A DNA stretch of 63,569 nt, filler included, from Reclinomonas americana ATCC 50394 (GCA_048213135.1; 10 parts of 4 records of this genome joined end to end with filler, not necessarily neighbours in it), one strand, 5' to 3'. Shown: positions 1 to 13,163, counted from the whole stretch's first letter. Notes: a model not told the origin generated them from the letters alone. A program made the numbers and translations.

Positions 1-464
1 TGCTGCTGCTGCTGCCCTCCCGACACATGACTCAACGAGCTGCTCGGTCGACGAACCAGTCGCGGAGGCTGCTCCTGAACAGGCGACGATCCACTTGCCG
101 ATGACGTGGCTCCCGTTCCCATAATGTGCGCAGCGGCGGTTGGTGTGAGTCCCAGGTCCTGCAGCGTGGCCAGCAGCTGCCGCGAGAGACGTCCACTGGA
201 ACGACGCGACGTGCGAAGGGGGAAGCGTTGCCGCGGAGTCAGATCGACGACTGTTCCATCCACGGACTTGACTGTGGTGACTCCTCCTGTTCCTCCAACT
301 CCTGCTGTTGCATTGTCTGTGCTGTGTGTGCGGGAGTGGCGATGAGCGGAGGTGGGGCGACTGGAGGGGCGCGCGGGCGACCAGAGTCGGCGGTGTGTGT
401 CGCGTTCCAGGCGAGAGAAGACGTCGCCGGATTTGGAGTTGGGTGTGGCCGCGCGAGAGGACAT
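1..464 (-). CDS. 5' part of a low-complexity Ser/Arg/Thr-rich protein, running off the window edge
   Basis: ATG at 464 opens a stop-free frame MSSRAATPNSKSGDVFSRLERDTHRRLWSPARP...GGQQQQ to position 1. It is absent from the ORF track, probably because it has no stop in the window. No family recognised. Confidence 0.5.
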   Translation of the reverse strand, partial: MSSRAATPNSKSGDVFSRLERDTHRRLWSPARPSSRPTSAHRHSRTHSTDNATAGVGGTGGVTTVKSVDGTVVDLTPRQRFPLRTSRRSSGRLSRQLLATLQDLGLTPTAAAHIMGTGATSSASGSSPVQEQPPRLVRRPSSSLSHVSGGQQQQ

Positions 465-977
465 GAGGGAGTGGCGCAAGCACGCACGCACACTGCTCTC
501 GTTCGCGGAGTGATTGAGTGAGGGTTTGTCCCAAGTTTGCGCGACTCTGTCCTTCGTCGTTGACAGTTGCGAAGTTCGGTCGAAGAAACAGGGCAAGAGA
601 GAGAAGGGAAGAGAAGGAGAGTGTATGGGAGGAGGGAAGAGAGAGAGAGAGAGCGAGAGTAGGGAGAAAGCAGGAGACGACAGACCGCAAACAAGTAACT
701 GGAAGTCGAAGTTTATCTCGTGAGTGCGAGTGTGCGCGACAGATTGTGTGCAACAAAAGCAGTGGCGGCACACGGGAATGGAGAAAGAGAGAGAGAAGAT
801 GGTCACTGTGACGAACGAAAGCGTGAGAAAATGAGGATACGTTTCGCGATTTTTCAGTTTCCGAAAAGAAAAGTACACTGCGACCGTCGCTGCAGTTTTT
901 TTGGTCGGTTCTCACGCGGAGAGGCACGCGGAGAACATGGAGAAACACAGACAAACACATAGAGAGAGTGAACGTTG

Positions 978-1086
978 TCACTGGTCAGCCGGGCCGTGTT
1001 GCGAGATCAGCGACAACACCTTGGGGTAGACCTGCTGCGAGGCGACGTTGTCCCAGATGAAGGTCATGTGACCCCAGCCGTCGAAC
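978..1086 (-). CDS. Terminal exon of an acid lipase (lysosomal/gastric lipase-like alpha/beta hydrolase)
   Basis: After a polypyrimidine/CAG acceptor: FDGWGHMTFIWDNVASQQVYPKVLSLISQHGPADQ*. This resembles the catalytic-His C-terminal segment of acid lipases (xHxDFIWxxxAxxxVYxxIxxxI). Confidence 0.6.
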
Positions 1087-1167
1087 CTGCGATAGAGAGA
1101 AGGGGAAGGAGACAGAGATGGGAAGAGAGAGAAGGAGAGAGAGAGAAAAAAGAGAAGGGGAGAAGAG

Positions 1168-1240
<73 letters not shown>

Positions 1241-1795
1241 GGAGAGAGAGAGAGAGAGAGGCAGATAAAGTGAAGGGAAAGGCACAGAAAGGGAAAAACA
1301 GCAGGGCAGACAAACACACAAAGAAACGCACACACGCGCACATACAAACGCACAGACAGTGAGAGAGACACGGAGACATGCAGAGAGGGAGGACGTGCAC
1401 GGCAGACTAACACACGCACGCACAGAGAGAGACAGAGAGAGAAGAACAGTAAGAGAGAAGAAGAAACGCAGACATGTGGACAAAAAAACAGACATACACA
1501 GAGAGATAGAAACAGAGAGACGGACAAACTGGGAGAGACAGAGAAACTTATACAGTGATACAACAGCAGTTCTGTGGAGACAGAAAGCGAGAGGCAGACT
1601 GAAAGAGAGAGACACCCACAAGCGGAGAGGAACACGAACGCTGTGCAATTTGCCCACGATGCATGTTGAGATGGAGAAAAAGAATCGCCTCTCAGAATCA
1701 CAAAACGGAACGAAAGGATGAAGAAGGACAAGGAAGGAGTGAGTGGCACGCACTGGTTTCCTCCTTTTCTCCCTTTTCCCCACTGCCCTCACTCA

Positions 1796-4109
1796 CCTTG
1801 GTCCAACGCCTGCAGATACTTCCTCGTCTGTCCGACTTGCACAATCGACCGCGACGACAGGTACAGGAACTTGTACCCGTTGTGGTGGATGTTGGTGAAG
1901 AGATTGGTGATGCCGGCGTGGCTCCAGTCCTGCCCGAACATAGGCAGAATGTGACCGAGGGCGTCACTCCTGCCCCGTTTCGTGTGAGCACCCATTCCTC
2001 TCTCACCCCACTCTCCGACCGACAACGACGTAACTTGGTGATCGTGCCATCAATGTCGGACACCACAACACGGGCATTGTGCTTCCACAAAAAGATGCGC
2101 GCCGTGATCTCCTGCTTGCCCTGGAAACGGCTGGTCACCGAGAACGACACAGTGTTCATGCCCTCCTGCAAGTGCAACGACGACAGCATCTCCGACGTTG
2201 GTCTGAGGCTCTTGATAAAGGTCGGATCGCGCGGGCGGCCCACTGTGGCCGAGTCGCGGAAGTGCGGCGACGCACTGCGGCCGCGGTGTGAGCCAGCGGC
2301 AGCGGTGCCTGCCGACTGCGTCTTGGGCGATGTTGGTGGCGACGGCACGGGCGAACCGGCGGGCGACAGGGAGGCCGGTGACGAGGAACGCGGCGATGGT
2401 CGTCTCTCACCGACCAGCAACGACTCTACGCGCAGGGGGATTGAGCGCCGCCTGGCTAAATAAAACAAAGACACGACAGCTGCCCTTTCTCTCTTCACAC
2501 ACCTCGCGCAGCGGGCGAGGCCGACGATGGCCGTGGCACCCCGGAGACACGCAGACTAGGCGCCACAATGTCCACCGCAATGGACTCGGCCACCAGCTCC
2601 GGGTGCGACGAGAACATGGAGAGTCCAGAGGGCGACGACGGCGTGGCCGACGAACTCGATTTGGAGAGGCCAGACGGCTGTGGGCGATAGACTGGCGGCA
2701 GACGCGGCGACGGAGCACGCTGTGACGGCATGGTCGCGGCCGACACCGACGACGACGAGGAGACCGTGGAGGAGACAGAGGAGGCGGAAGAGGAGGAAGA
2801 CCGGGCAGAGGAGGCACGCGGAGCCACTGGCGCCGGTGCTGCTACAACTGGCGCTGCCGACGCGCCGGTCGCCGTGGGTGTGGCCGTCTTTGCCGCAGCG
2901 GCGGCATCCGAGTCGGTCGCCACAGGCTTCTTCCTCCTGCCAAACGGCCACAGGTAGGAGAGCAGCGATCGACGTGAGGCGTCAGTGGTGCCGGCGGATG
3001 GCGACGACGGTGCGGCGGCCGACGAGGGTGAATTGGTGGCGTTTGCAGTGTTGGCGGTGGTGGTGGTGGTGGTGGCCGCGGGAGCGGGTTTCGATCTTCG
3101 GCGCACCGGCAACTTGCCCCACAACCACTCCCACCGCGACTGCGTGGGTGCCGGTGGCGCCGCGGCGCTAGCAGTGGCACCGATGCTGTCTTTGCGGTGC
3201 GCACTCATTTCAGCATGCAGATCCTCAATCTCAGCCTCCGTGTCGCTGTCATCAAGCATGTCGAGGCTCTCGAGAATCTCGCGCGCCTCCTCGTCCTCCT
3301 CGGCCAGCAGCGATTGGAATGACTCGGTGGAGACTGCAGAAATCGTGAGCAAAACGAGACAAGTGCGATGGCGAGTGGCGGAAAACACCACCAACCCGTC
3401 GACTTGAGCTCTCCCAGCGCCTCGGTGAGCTGCGCGGCCGGATCCGTGGTCGGCGATCGCAACTCCTCTCCGTCGCTTTCGTACTCGGCCAAACTCGAAT
3501 CCACACGTCCCACGGCGCCCACCGCGGCCGCCAGCAGCGCAGACGGACCACCACCACCACCATCAGCATCACTCACCATCGAGTCGTCCTCGAACTCGTC
3601 GTCCTCCGGCACAGGGCTCGACGGCGGCGAGGCAACCAGGTACGATGGAACGTCCGAGTCCTGTGCGGCATGCAGCGATGTGGGTTAGGGAGGGAAAGGG
3701 AGAGGGAGGGAGACGGAGATAAAGGGGGAAGGAGATAAAGGGGGAAGGAGATGGAGAGAGGCAGGGAGAGATGGAGAGGGGGAGGGAGAGGAGAGCAGGG
3801 GGAGGGAGAGGGAGAGGGAGAGGGAGAGGGAAGAGGGCAAGGGTGAAGGTGAACGGTGAACGGTGAACGGTGAACGGAGAGGGAGAGGGGGAGAAGAGAG
3901 GGAGACAAACTTGGATGGAGGCACCTGCGCCAGGGATATGCAGAGAGCGATGTTGAGAGAGAGCGACAGGAGAAGAGAGAGAAGAGAGGCACGTGCACAC
4001 AGATACACGCAAAGAGCGATGTTGAAGGAGACTCGTACTGCGAGGAAAGTGTGTGTGAGAGAGAGAGAGAGTGCGGGGGAGAGAGAGATAGAGAGGAAGA
4101 GAGAGAGGA

Positions 4110-4141
<32 letters not shown>

Positions 4142-4773
4142 TAGGAGGAGATCGCACGAGACACACGTAGAGAGAGAGACGACGGANNNNNNNNNNNNNN
4201 NNNNNNNNNNNNNNNNNNNNNNNNNNNNNNTTAATTAATTAANNNNNNNNNNNNNNNNNNNNNNNNNNNNNNNNNNNNNNNNNNNNGAGAGAGAGAGAGA
4301 GGACGGAGAGAGAAGAGAGGAGAGAGAGAGGAAGAGAGAGAGAGAGAGAGAGGAAGAGAGGCATGCATGGAGGAGCATGCACAGACACAACGCTGAGAGA
4401 GAGGCACGGATGGATGCACAGGCACAACGCAGAGCCTGAGACAGATGCGATCGGCGGAACACATGCACACACGATGATGATCTTCACCTCGGATTGCACG
4501 AGGAAATACGCCTCGCCGCGATCGCCAATCTTCATGCAAATGTCGACGGCCCGACCATTGATCGAGAGCGCCACCTGCTCGCCGGCCTACATAAGCCACC
4601 ATACACACGCACAAGAACAAGCTGCGAGAAGGAGAGAGAAACGCAACAATCTTCTCGTGCGTGCGAAAGGCCTTGAGCCTGCCAAAGCGCACATGAAAGG
4701 GCGTACAATGCAGAGTGCCATCCTCGCGCTCCACCACCACCACATCAATGGCGCCACTCATGAAATCCAACAT
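1796..4773 (-). CDS. LPIN: Lipin / phosphatidate phosphatase (multi-exon, spans a contig linker, 3' exons missing)
   Basis: N-LIP exons [34 protein letters not shown] and [11 protein letters not shown] (4773-4487). Middle motif [16 protein letters not shown]2 region [20 protein letters not shown]...[12 protein letters not shown] / [19 protein letters not shown]...YLSSR with intact DxDxT catalytic motif. GT-AG introns. Confidence 0.93.
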
Positions 4774-5446
4774 GTGAGAGATGCCTGTGCGCGCAAGAGG
4801 CAGAGAGCGGCGATGCCGACGATCGCGAATGAGCGAAATCGGCGGAGATGATGATGATGATGATGATGATGATAAAAGAGATGATGATGTGTGTGAACGG
4901 TCCTCCACTCCTTTTCCTCTTGTTGTTGTTGTTGGTGTGGATGTTGAAGTGGGAGGAGGATGCACAGTGGCAAACATCATCATGCGCGGAGTCGACCAAC
5001 TGAATGCGCGGCTGGCGACTGCTTGTGTGTTTTGTGTGTGTGCGTGTGTGACAGTGTGTGTTGTGCAAAAGGAGGTGAATGTGTGTGTATGTGCAGTGCA
5101 GAGAGAGTGTGTGGGAGTGTGAGTGTGTGTGTTTTGGGGCATGTTGAGGCCCACACGCAACTGGAGAGCACATTGGAGAGCTTGCTGCGCAGAAACTGCG
5201 CCATTGTGGCTGTGTGGTGTGTGCGTGCGCTCTTGCGGAGACAATAACAGCGGAGATGAACGCGCGGAGTGGGACGATTCTTCGAAGTTGGTTACATTTG
5301 TGGATTTGACGAGGGAAAGTGTGGAGACTCCCGTGGCTGTAGTTGGTGGGCGTGGTAGTGTGTGGACAGTTTAGTCTTGCTGTGAGGCGGGAGGAGGGTC
5401 GCGTGAGACGAGTTGATGGCGAGAGGCACACACAAAGCATGCAAAC

Positions 5447-6781
5447 CTTGGTGCACCATGGGTTGCGCTCCATCTGCAACCGCAACAAGAAGAGAGGATT
5501 AGGACGACGGTGCATATGCAACTGCTGCTGCTGCTGCTGCTACCAACATATACACGCACCTGTGCTTGTTCAGTCTCGGGTGTCCAGTCCTGCGAAAAGA
5601 GAACAGTGAGGAAACACAGTCGACTTTGGCGCACAGCCCACTGCCACAGCGCACATTGACAATGTTAAACATCTCGCGCACTTGCTCCGGTGTCTTGCCC
5701 TGCGCGGAAACGAGTGAGACGACGAGGAGTTGCACAAAATTCACTCGGAAAAACACGCACCTTGATCGTGCTGGCCACTGCGCAATGTCGGCACGGCAAG
5801 GGCAGTTAGCATTCCGACGCAAGAGCACACACACACAGAGTACAAACCCTTGGCGCACGCCAGCTCCAGCAACTCTCGAATGTCCATGTAGTTGGCGGCC
5901 TTTATTTAAAAAAAGAAGTCAGCATCACACCTTGGAAGTGGCTAGGAAACAGGCGAGGCACACGCACCAAAATCAAGTTGAACAACTCCTCCGTCTCGAG
6001 TGCCACAAAGTCACCTGCGTGTGCCTCAAGTTTAGCGCAAGGACTAAAGAGGGCATGTTCCTCTCATTATCGTACACAACGATCAAACGGCGAGACGAGG
6101 TCCTCAAAGCGACCCTTCAGCGGCTTCTCAATCTCCAGCGGCTGCTGGTCGTAGTGGTGCCTCAGCCACTCCACCACTTTCCGCAGCACGTCGGCCTCCA
6201 CCATCGGCAGCGGGCACGCAGCACCATCCTCCTCAGTGTCTATACACAAAAACAATAACTACTAGTGAGACACACAGCGTGTGGCACTGCGTGTGTGCGT
6301 GGGAGGGGCGACTGACCCTCCGTCATGGTCTTGCACAGCACGCTCTTCTCAATCACCGGTCTCGGAACCTGTGCGCGTGTGTGGTGAGTGCGGGAAAGCG
6401 AGATGTCCATCGCACAAACACTCTCTTCTCTCTCTCTCTGCTCTACACAAGCACACGCGCGCTCAAAGCGGGATCACGGAGAGCAAGACACACATGGTGC
6501 GTGCGCTCAACATGACACACGCATTCAGCAAAAACGTCCCGAGCGCGGATTCTCAACAGCAAACTCTCTCTCAATCCCACTCCCGCCCTCACTCTCTCTC
6601 ATTCACACACACGTACACACACACAGAGGCACTGAGTGTGTGCGGGAGAGACAGACACACACAGACAAGAGTGCGCGTGTGTGTGAAGAGTGGTTATGCT
6701 GACCTCAATGCACGTTCCGTCCTTGGCGATCAAGTTGACCTTGGGCGCAGTGTCGAGGCGGTTTCCTGATGCCGATGCCAT
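5447..6781 (-). CDS. SKP1: SKP1, SCF ubiquitin ligase adaptor (about 8 short exons; 3' end approximate)
   Basis: Exons KVNLIAKDG / VIEKSVLCKTM / PLPMVEADVLRKVVEWLRHH / LFNLIL / AANYMDIRELLELACAK / VASTIK / GKTPEQVREMFNIVN / DWTPE...ERNPWC are the diagnostic Skp1 motifs in order. Confidence 0.93.
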
Positions 6782-6899
6782 GGGGAGTTCTACATATAGG
6801 AAACAGAGAGAGGGAGAGAGAGAGACAACACGTGAGTGAGTGAAGAGTGATTGTGTAAACCAACACCTGACTGACGACAGTCGCGGTTGTGTTTGCGCG

Positions 6900-6942
<43 letters not shown>

Positions 6943-7347
6943 GAGGAGAGAGAGTGTGTAGGAAGGGTGGTCGTTCGGGACAAAGTGTACGACTACTTGA
7001 TAGAGTAGAAACGGAGGTGACGTAGTTACAACGCACATAGAATAACATATAGAAGAGAAGCACAGAGTGCNNNNNNNNNNNNNNNNNNNNNNNNNNNNNN
7101 NNNNNNNNNNNNNNTTAATTAATTAANNNNNNNNNNNNNNNNNNNNNNNNNNNNNNNNNNNNNNNNNNNNGTAGTAGTACGACGTACGTACGTAGTACGT
7201 ACGTACGTACGTACGTACGTACGTACGTACGTACGTACGTACGTACGTACGTACGTACGTACGTACGTACGTACGTACGTACGTACGTACGTACGTACGT
7301 ACGTACGTACGTACGTACGTACGTACGTACGTACGTACGTACGTAGT

Positions 7348-7415
<68 letters not shown>

Positions 7416-7875
7416 AGGGAAGCAGAGTGTGTGAAAGGGTGCTTCGGGCAAATGTCGACACTTTGATGATGAAAACGAGGTGCGAGTTCAACGCACATGA
7501 TAACATATGAAGAGAAGCACAGAGTGCGCAGGTGTTGTGGTGATGGAGGAGGAGTACGAGTGTGTGTGCGAGTGTGTGCAAGGAGCAGAAAGAAGCACGA
7601 GCGGTGAAGAGAGAACGAACGAAAGAGAAGAGCGTCACAAGTCGTCGAGAAGAAGACAGAGAGCGCATCACAGTGTGCGTGTGTCTCTCTCACATGCATG
7701 TAGCACTCTTGCTCTCACTGTGTGCGTGTGCGTCGTGGGCAGGCAAGTCACCTTGGCGCAAAAGTCGACACGAAATCGAAATGGGACAAGGCAAAGGACA
7801 ACGAAGTCGACCTCGACCTCGACGCGTTTCATGGTGCATGCTGCAAAACCTCCTTCACTCCCTCTCCCACTCGCC

Positions 7876-8675
7876 TCACTTGCTCTTCGTCTTGATCTTC
7901 TTCTCCTTCCCGCCTCCCGCCAAATGCACGCGTCGAACGGCGGCCATGAAGGCACTGCCCGCGGCATAGCAGCCGACGCCAAACAGCATGCTGGCGACGA
8001 CAAAGAGCGCCTTGTACGGCACCGGCAGCACCGCCATGACCGGGTACAGCCACACCCCACCAAAGATACGCGCGCTAAACAGCAGTGCCGAGTAGAAGAG
8101 CTGGAAGGCGAGCAGGACCAGCACCTCAGTGCGCTCCCACAGACGCAGTAGCGGTCCGCTGCCGTCAGAGGAGAGCTCCACTGCCGCCATGTGCGCACAC
8201 AGCACCAGTGCCTCCACGACAACAAACACCGCAATCGTCGAGTGCTGCAGGTGCACCAGCGCGACGGGGAAGTCGTCGGGGATCGGCATCAGCGCCGAGT
8301 CGTAGAGGAAGATGCCCCAGAAGAGCACCGTCACGGAGAGGCCGACGGGGAAGATGAGTGAGCGGAAGATCGAGTGCAGGAGCGACGGGCGCACCGGCAC
8401 CACTCCCAGGTCGGTGAGCAGCGCAAAGCCAAAGTACACGCCTTGCATCACCATGTTGATGCAGGTGAGGAAGAAGTACAGGAATGGCTGTGCGTGGGAA
8501 GGGGAAGGTGAATACGGCGAGGAGATGGGCGGGGTTGTGTGTGTGTGAAGAGAGATGCAACTTTCATTCGCTGGTCCATGGCATTGGAGAGGTGCACCTC
8601 TTGCCACCAGATGGCGTACCAGGAGACGCCGAATGCGAGGAGGCGCGTGAGGAAACGAGCGCTGCGCCAACTCAT
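7876..8675 (-). CDS. FAR-17a/AIG1/ADTRP-family multi-pass membrane hydrolase (intron 8488-8561)
   Basis: About 6 hydrophobic segments with YFFLTCINMVMQGVYF (Thr nucleophile position), VTVLFWGIFLYD, HLQHS (His) and GVWLYPVM, matching AIG1/ADTRP motifs. Confidence 0.8.
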
Positions 8676-9085
8676 GATGCCGGAGATTGGATGGGCGGGA
8701 CACGTGTTTCACGGAGTTGCGGGCAAGACTAAAGCAAGGTCACAACCTAGTGAGCTACTAGTTGGTGACTGCTGGTGCACCACTGCGAGTCACAATGCCG
8801 ATCATGCGTCGGCGTCGTCATTGCACGACGTCGACTTCACGAAGTCAGCTATTGCTGCTGCCTCCCGCGCGACGTCGCGCGTGTGAACGGATACAATGTT
8901 ACCTACGACGACAAAGGAAGCGCGCGACGTGGCATGGAGCGATCGACACGGAAGCGCGACGGGTTGGTGAATTTTTGACCGTTACTCCCCCGCACATTCA
9001 TCGCCTTTCCTCGTTCGTCACAAGCGCACACGCACACACACAGAGCGAGACAGGAAACCCACACTTTCTCCCTCAGCACAGAAAC

Positions 9086-9355
9086 ATGGACAGCGGTGTT
9101 GGTGGCAGCGGCTCACTGGTGGGCGAAAGCCCGCTCGCCCGACGTCGCACCTACGGCGGTGACGATGCGCGACAGATGTGGGCTGGCGGTGATCACGCCG
9201 CCGATGATGACTCGAGCGAGCTGGAGAGTGTGTTGCTGGGCAGCTCACAGACGGGCGCCACAGCGAGCACTGCTGGCAATGGACTGTCGTCGTCGGGCAT
9301 TCATGCGGCGGCCGAGCTGGCGCCGAAGCGGTCGAACTTGTTGGCGATCAGTTGC

Positions 9356-9387
<32 letters not shown>

Positions 9388-11171
9388 CACAAAGAGAGAG
9401 ATAAGGGAAAATGAATGAGAGTGAGAGGAAGAATGGATTTTGGAGATGAGAAAGAGGAGTCGTGATGCACGCGCGACTTTTTTGTTGATGTGCGATGTGG
9501 CGAGAGAAGCATTGTGGTGTGTGTACGTGTGTGCGTTTTCCGTTGTGTAGACTGGCAGAGTTGTATTGCGTGATGTTGCGTGTCACAAGTTGCGACGCAG
9601 CGTTTGCAGTGAGAGCAGAGAGATGGGCAGTTGAGTTTGTGTTGCTCCATGCGTGTCGTTGTTAGGTTGGCGCTGACGGTCATGTGTTTGCAGAGAAGCG
9701 CACCTCGTCGGTGGTGCCGGATCTGCATGGATCGGAGGATGAGCAGGTGGCCGAGCTGAAGCGGATGAACATGGAGAAGGAGCGCGAGTTGCAGGAGGCT
9801 GCTGGTGGGCTTGGCTCTTGTTTGTTGTTGTTGTTGTTGCTGTTGTTTGGTGGCTTACTGTGGTTTGTGCGTGTGCAGAACTTGGTCTCAAGCTCTTCCA
9901 GGCCAGCGAGGAAATGAAGCGTGATCTGGAGGACCGTGATGCGGAGGTGCGTCTTGTACAAGATCTATATGCTGTGATCGTACTGTCATTCTCACGTTCT
10001 TTGTGATATCCTTGGCTTCGTCTTCACACTGTCTCTCCTGTTCTTGTCCGTGTTGCCCACTTTCCCTCCCTTTCCCTTTCCCTCCCTTCCCCTTTGCCTC
10101 CCTCCCTTCCCTCCCCTTCTCACCCCCTTCCCCCCGCTACAGATCAGGAGCATGTCAATGCAGCTGCGCCAAAAGGACCTGACCATTGCCGACATGGAGA
10201 ACTCGCGACGACTGCTGATCGAGGAGCATCAGGCGGAACTGCAGTCGCTGAGACGACAGCTGAACACGCTAAAGACGGAGAATGTGGTGGCACTGGAGGA
10301 GGCGGCAGCGTTGCGCCAGCAGGCCGGCCAGTCGGACGATGTGTCGGCGCGCATTGCGTCTATTATGGAGCAGAAAAAGTCGGCTGAGGCCGAGTACACG
10401 TCGCAGGTATGCGAGGGAAAGAGAAGAAGTCGCCTTTGCGCACTGCTCCATTGTCTCACACCTCCTCCTCCCACTTCCTCGCAGCTCGACGAGTTGCGTT
10501 CACAGCTGTCGGCACGCGACGAGAGGATTCAGNNNNNNNNNNNNNNNNNNNNNNNNNNNNNNNNNNNNNNNNNNNNTTAATTAATTAANNNNNNNNNNNN
10601 NNNNNNNNNNNNNNNNNNNNNNNNNNNNNNNNCACTGGAGGAGTTCCGGGTGCACCAGGACGCTCTGCGACAGGCCGAGTACGAGCTGCACGAGCTGCGG
10701 AAGCGCATGGCACTAACGCCGCGTGGTGGAGGTAAGGGGAAGTGATTGTAGAAGAGGGGCGAATGCCTGCTCACCACACGAGTGATCTTGGCGCACAGCT
10801 GGCATGCACATGATGGCAGGCAACCTGGTGGGAGCCGGCGACCGACCAAAGAACCGCACACCGCTCGAGCAGTTCTTTGCGCTGGTGAGTCTGCAGTCAC
10901 TCGCTTGTCGATGCAGCTGCTCTCCTCTCGCTCACCCCTGCACAGCTGTGTCTGATGATTCGAGTCGGTGCCGGTCCCGAGTGGGACGTGTGGCGCGAGG
11001 ATACACGGTCGCTGTACGAGGAAGCCATTCGGCGCAACGTGCCGTTTGCCAACGTGAGTGACTTCAGCGTGTGAGCCTGCACAGTCGCTGGCTTCTCACT
11101 ATTTCTCTCTCTCTTCTCTTGCGCAGTGGTACACATGGACACGCGATCGCCTGATTTCGCCCTCCGAGTAA
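9086..11171 (+). CDS. Coiled-coil protein with a small aromatic C-terminal domain (multi-exon, spans a linker)
   Basis: Exons rich in E/Q/R/L heptads (EQVAELKRMNMEKERELQE, IRSMSMQLRQKDLTIADMENSRRLL) with GT-AG introns. Ends with PLEQFFAL / LYEEAIRRNVPFAN / WYTWTRDRLISPSE*. Confidence 0.7.
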
Positions 11172-11284
11172 TGCCTCTGTGTGCTACGGTGCTCTCTCCA
11201 CACATACCATATACACCGTCGTGTCGCACACCAGGCACTCTACCACGTCGTAAACACTGAAAAATTGATCTACGTGATGCGCAT

Positions 11285-11949
11285 TCACTTGCCCATCTCA
11301 GCGTTGATGTCTCCACTGGCGTCCATCTCCTTGATAATGTCGTGTCCGCCCACCAGCTCGCCCTTGACGTACAGTTGCGGATACGTCGGCCAGTCCGAGT
11401 ACTCCTTGAGGCCTTGTCGGACCTGCAGCTCACGCACGTCACCATGATCGTTTCTTCATCCATTCTCTCTCTCTCGCACCCCCTTGCTTCAACACACCTC
11501 CTCATCGACGAGGATATCAAACGAGCCAAACTCGACATTGTGCTTGGCGAGGATCTCCACCACCGCACGCGAGAACTTGCATCGCGGCTCCGCCGGCGTG
11601 CCCTTCATGAACAACATCACTGGCGACTGGCACACCAGTCGCGACAGACGCACGCGCAGCTCCTCCTTGTCCCCTCCAGCTTCTCCTCCAGCAGCAGCAG
11701 CAGCAGCAGTTGGAGCCGGAGCTGCCGAGGCCACCAATCGCTCCGCCAGTGAGGTCACCTGTGCAGCATTGGCACCGTCCACACGCGCGACTTGCTTGCC
11801 ATTCTGCGGGATCACTCAGCAACGCACACGCACACGCACACACGAGAGACGGGGGTGTGCAGACGCTCTCTCACCTGGAAGAAGATGAACGTCGGCACCA
11901 CCGACACCTCCAGTGACTCGGTGATCTCATCCACCTCCTCGGCCTCCAC
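11285..11949 (-). CDS. GLRX3: Monothiol glutaredoxin Grx3/PICOT, exons 2-4 (end of Trx domain plus Grx domain)
   Basis: VEAEEVDEI...VVPTFIFFQ / [13 protein letters not shown]...[25 protein letters not shown]...FDILVDEE / [33 protein letters not shown]. Confidence 0.93.
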
Positions 11950-11987
11950 CTGCACTCAAAATGGAGTTGTCAGGACACACTCTGACG

Positions 11988-12026
<39 letters not shown>

Positions 12027-12161
12027 GCACGCACGCACGCACGCACTCACGCTCCCCCTCCTTCCGCACACTTGTCTCTCTTCTCTTTCCCTTTCCCTTT
12101 CTCNNNNNNNNNNNNNNNNNNNNNNNNNNNNNNNNNNNNNNNNNNNNNNNNNNNNNNNNNN

Positions 12162-13128
12162 CTGCCGTCACATCCTTCTCCAGCTCCTCTACTCGCGTCA
12201 GTGCCCGTCTCCGCTCCTCCTCCAGCACTTCGTGCATGCGGCCGAGCTCCTTTTCCAGACGCTCAATGGCGCGATCCACCTCACCCTTCAACTCCGCCTG
12301 TCGATCGTCCTTAGTGGGGCACGTGCACTCTCCGCCGCCACTGGATGCACCCGCCGCCGAGTCAGCCGCGTGGCCGGCGACCACCATGGTGTCGGTGTTG
12401 CTGCCGAGTGGCGAGCCGAGAGTCGGCACGCCCTGGATGCGAGCCACCGACAACTCCATCTGCCGAAGCTTCGACTGATCCGCCTCCAACTGCTGCTCCA
12501 CCATGGTGAGCTTCTGTTGTGCCACATCCAACGCCGCCGATTGCTCCTTCAGCGCCTCAATCAGGATGGCGGTCAGCTGCTGGTAGTCCACCGTCGAAAA
12601 CTGCATTGCAGATACTCTATAAGTACACGGTCATGCAAACTCTGTGTTTTGGAGTCCAGACGCACCGTGGCAGCAGCGGTGCCTCCAGCAGGCGGCGCAG
12701 GAGGCTTGATGGTGCGCACCACGTCGGGGAAGAGGGCGGCCAGCTCGTCAGCCAGAATGCCAAGCTCCTTCTGCCCAGGCACCTTACCCACCGCGCTGGC
12801 ACTCTCGCTCCACACAATCTCCACTCCGTGCAGCTTCTGGAGGGCGGCAGAGACGATGCGCTCGCGACCAAGCTGATTCGCAGGATTGTGAATCGGCGGC
12901 GCCGCCCTTTGACCAGCGCCAGCGGCGCTGTTGGGTCGAATCGGCTTCTTGTCCGCCACAAATGTCGCATCGGCCACACTGACCGTGGCCAGCGGCAGCT
13001 CCACTCCACTCCACTCTAGTCGCCAAAACGGCAGCGACACATCGGGTGAAACCGCGCGCGACACCACCTTTCCCTGCAGCTCCGGGTGCGATACCGCCGA
13101 TCTCGAGTGGCTGGCGTCGATGGACACG

Positions 13129-13163
<35 letters not shown>

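Noticed and set aside
985..1792. Long ORFs of LSLSL/RERER/THTH type here and across the window, and ORFs reading through N-runs
   Set aside because: These are translations of intronic microsatellites or gaps.
4188..4286. N-run + TTAATTAATTAA + N-run, repeated at ~7115, 10577, 13777, 22873, 33254, 48201, 49730 and 62503
   Set aside because: Artificial six-frame-stop linker used to concatenate contigs; not biological.
7171..7357. (TACG)n tandem array; similar TACG/GAC-rich junk at 33120-33370
   Set aside because: Lies at contig ends and matches the T-A-C-G pyrosequencing flow order after a microsatellite, so probably a sequencing artifact and not a telomere or satellite.
6905..7530. Apparent diverged direct repeat (6905-7070 versus 7357-7530)
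   Set aside because: The first copy is a noisy contig-end version of the second with extra single-base insertions; this is an unmerged contig overlap.
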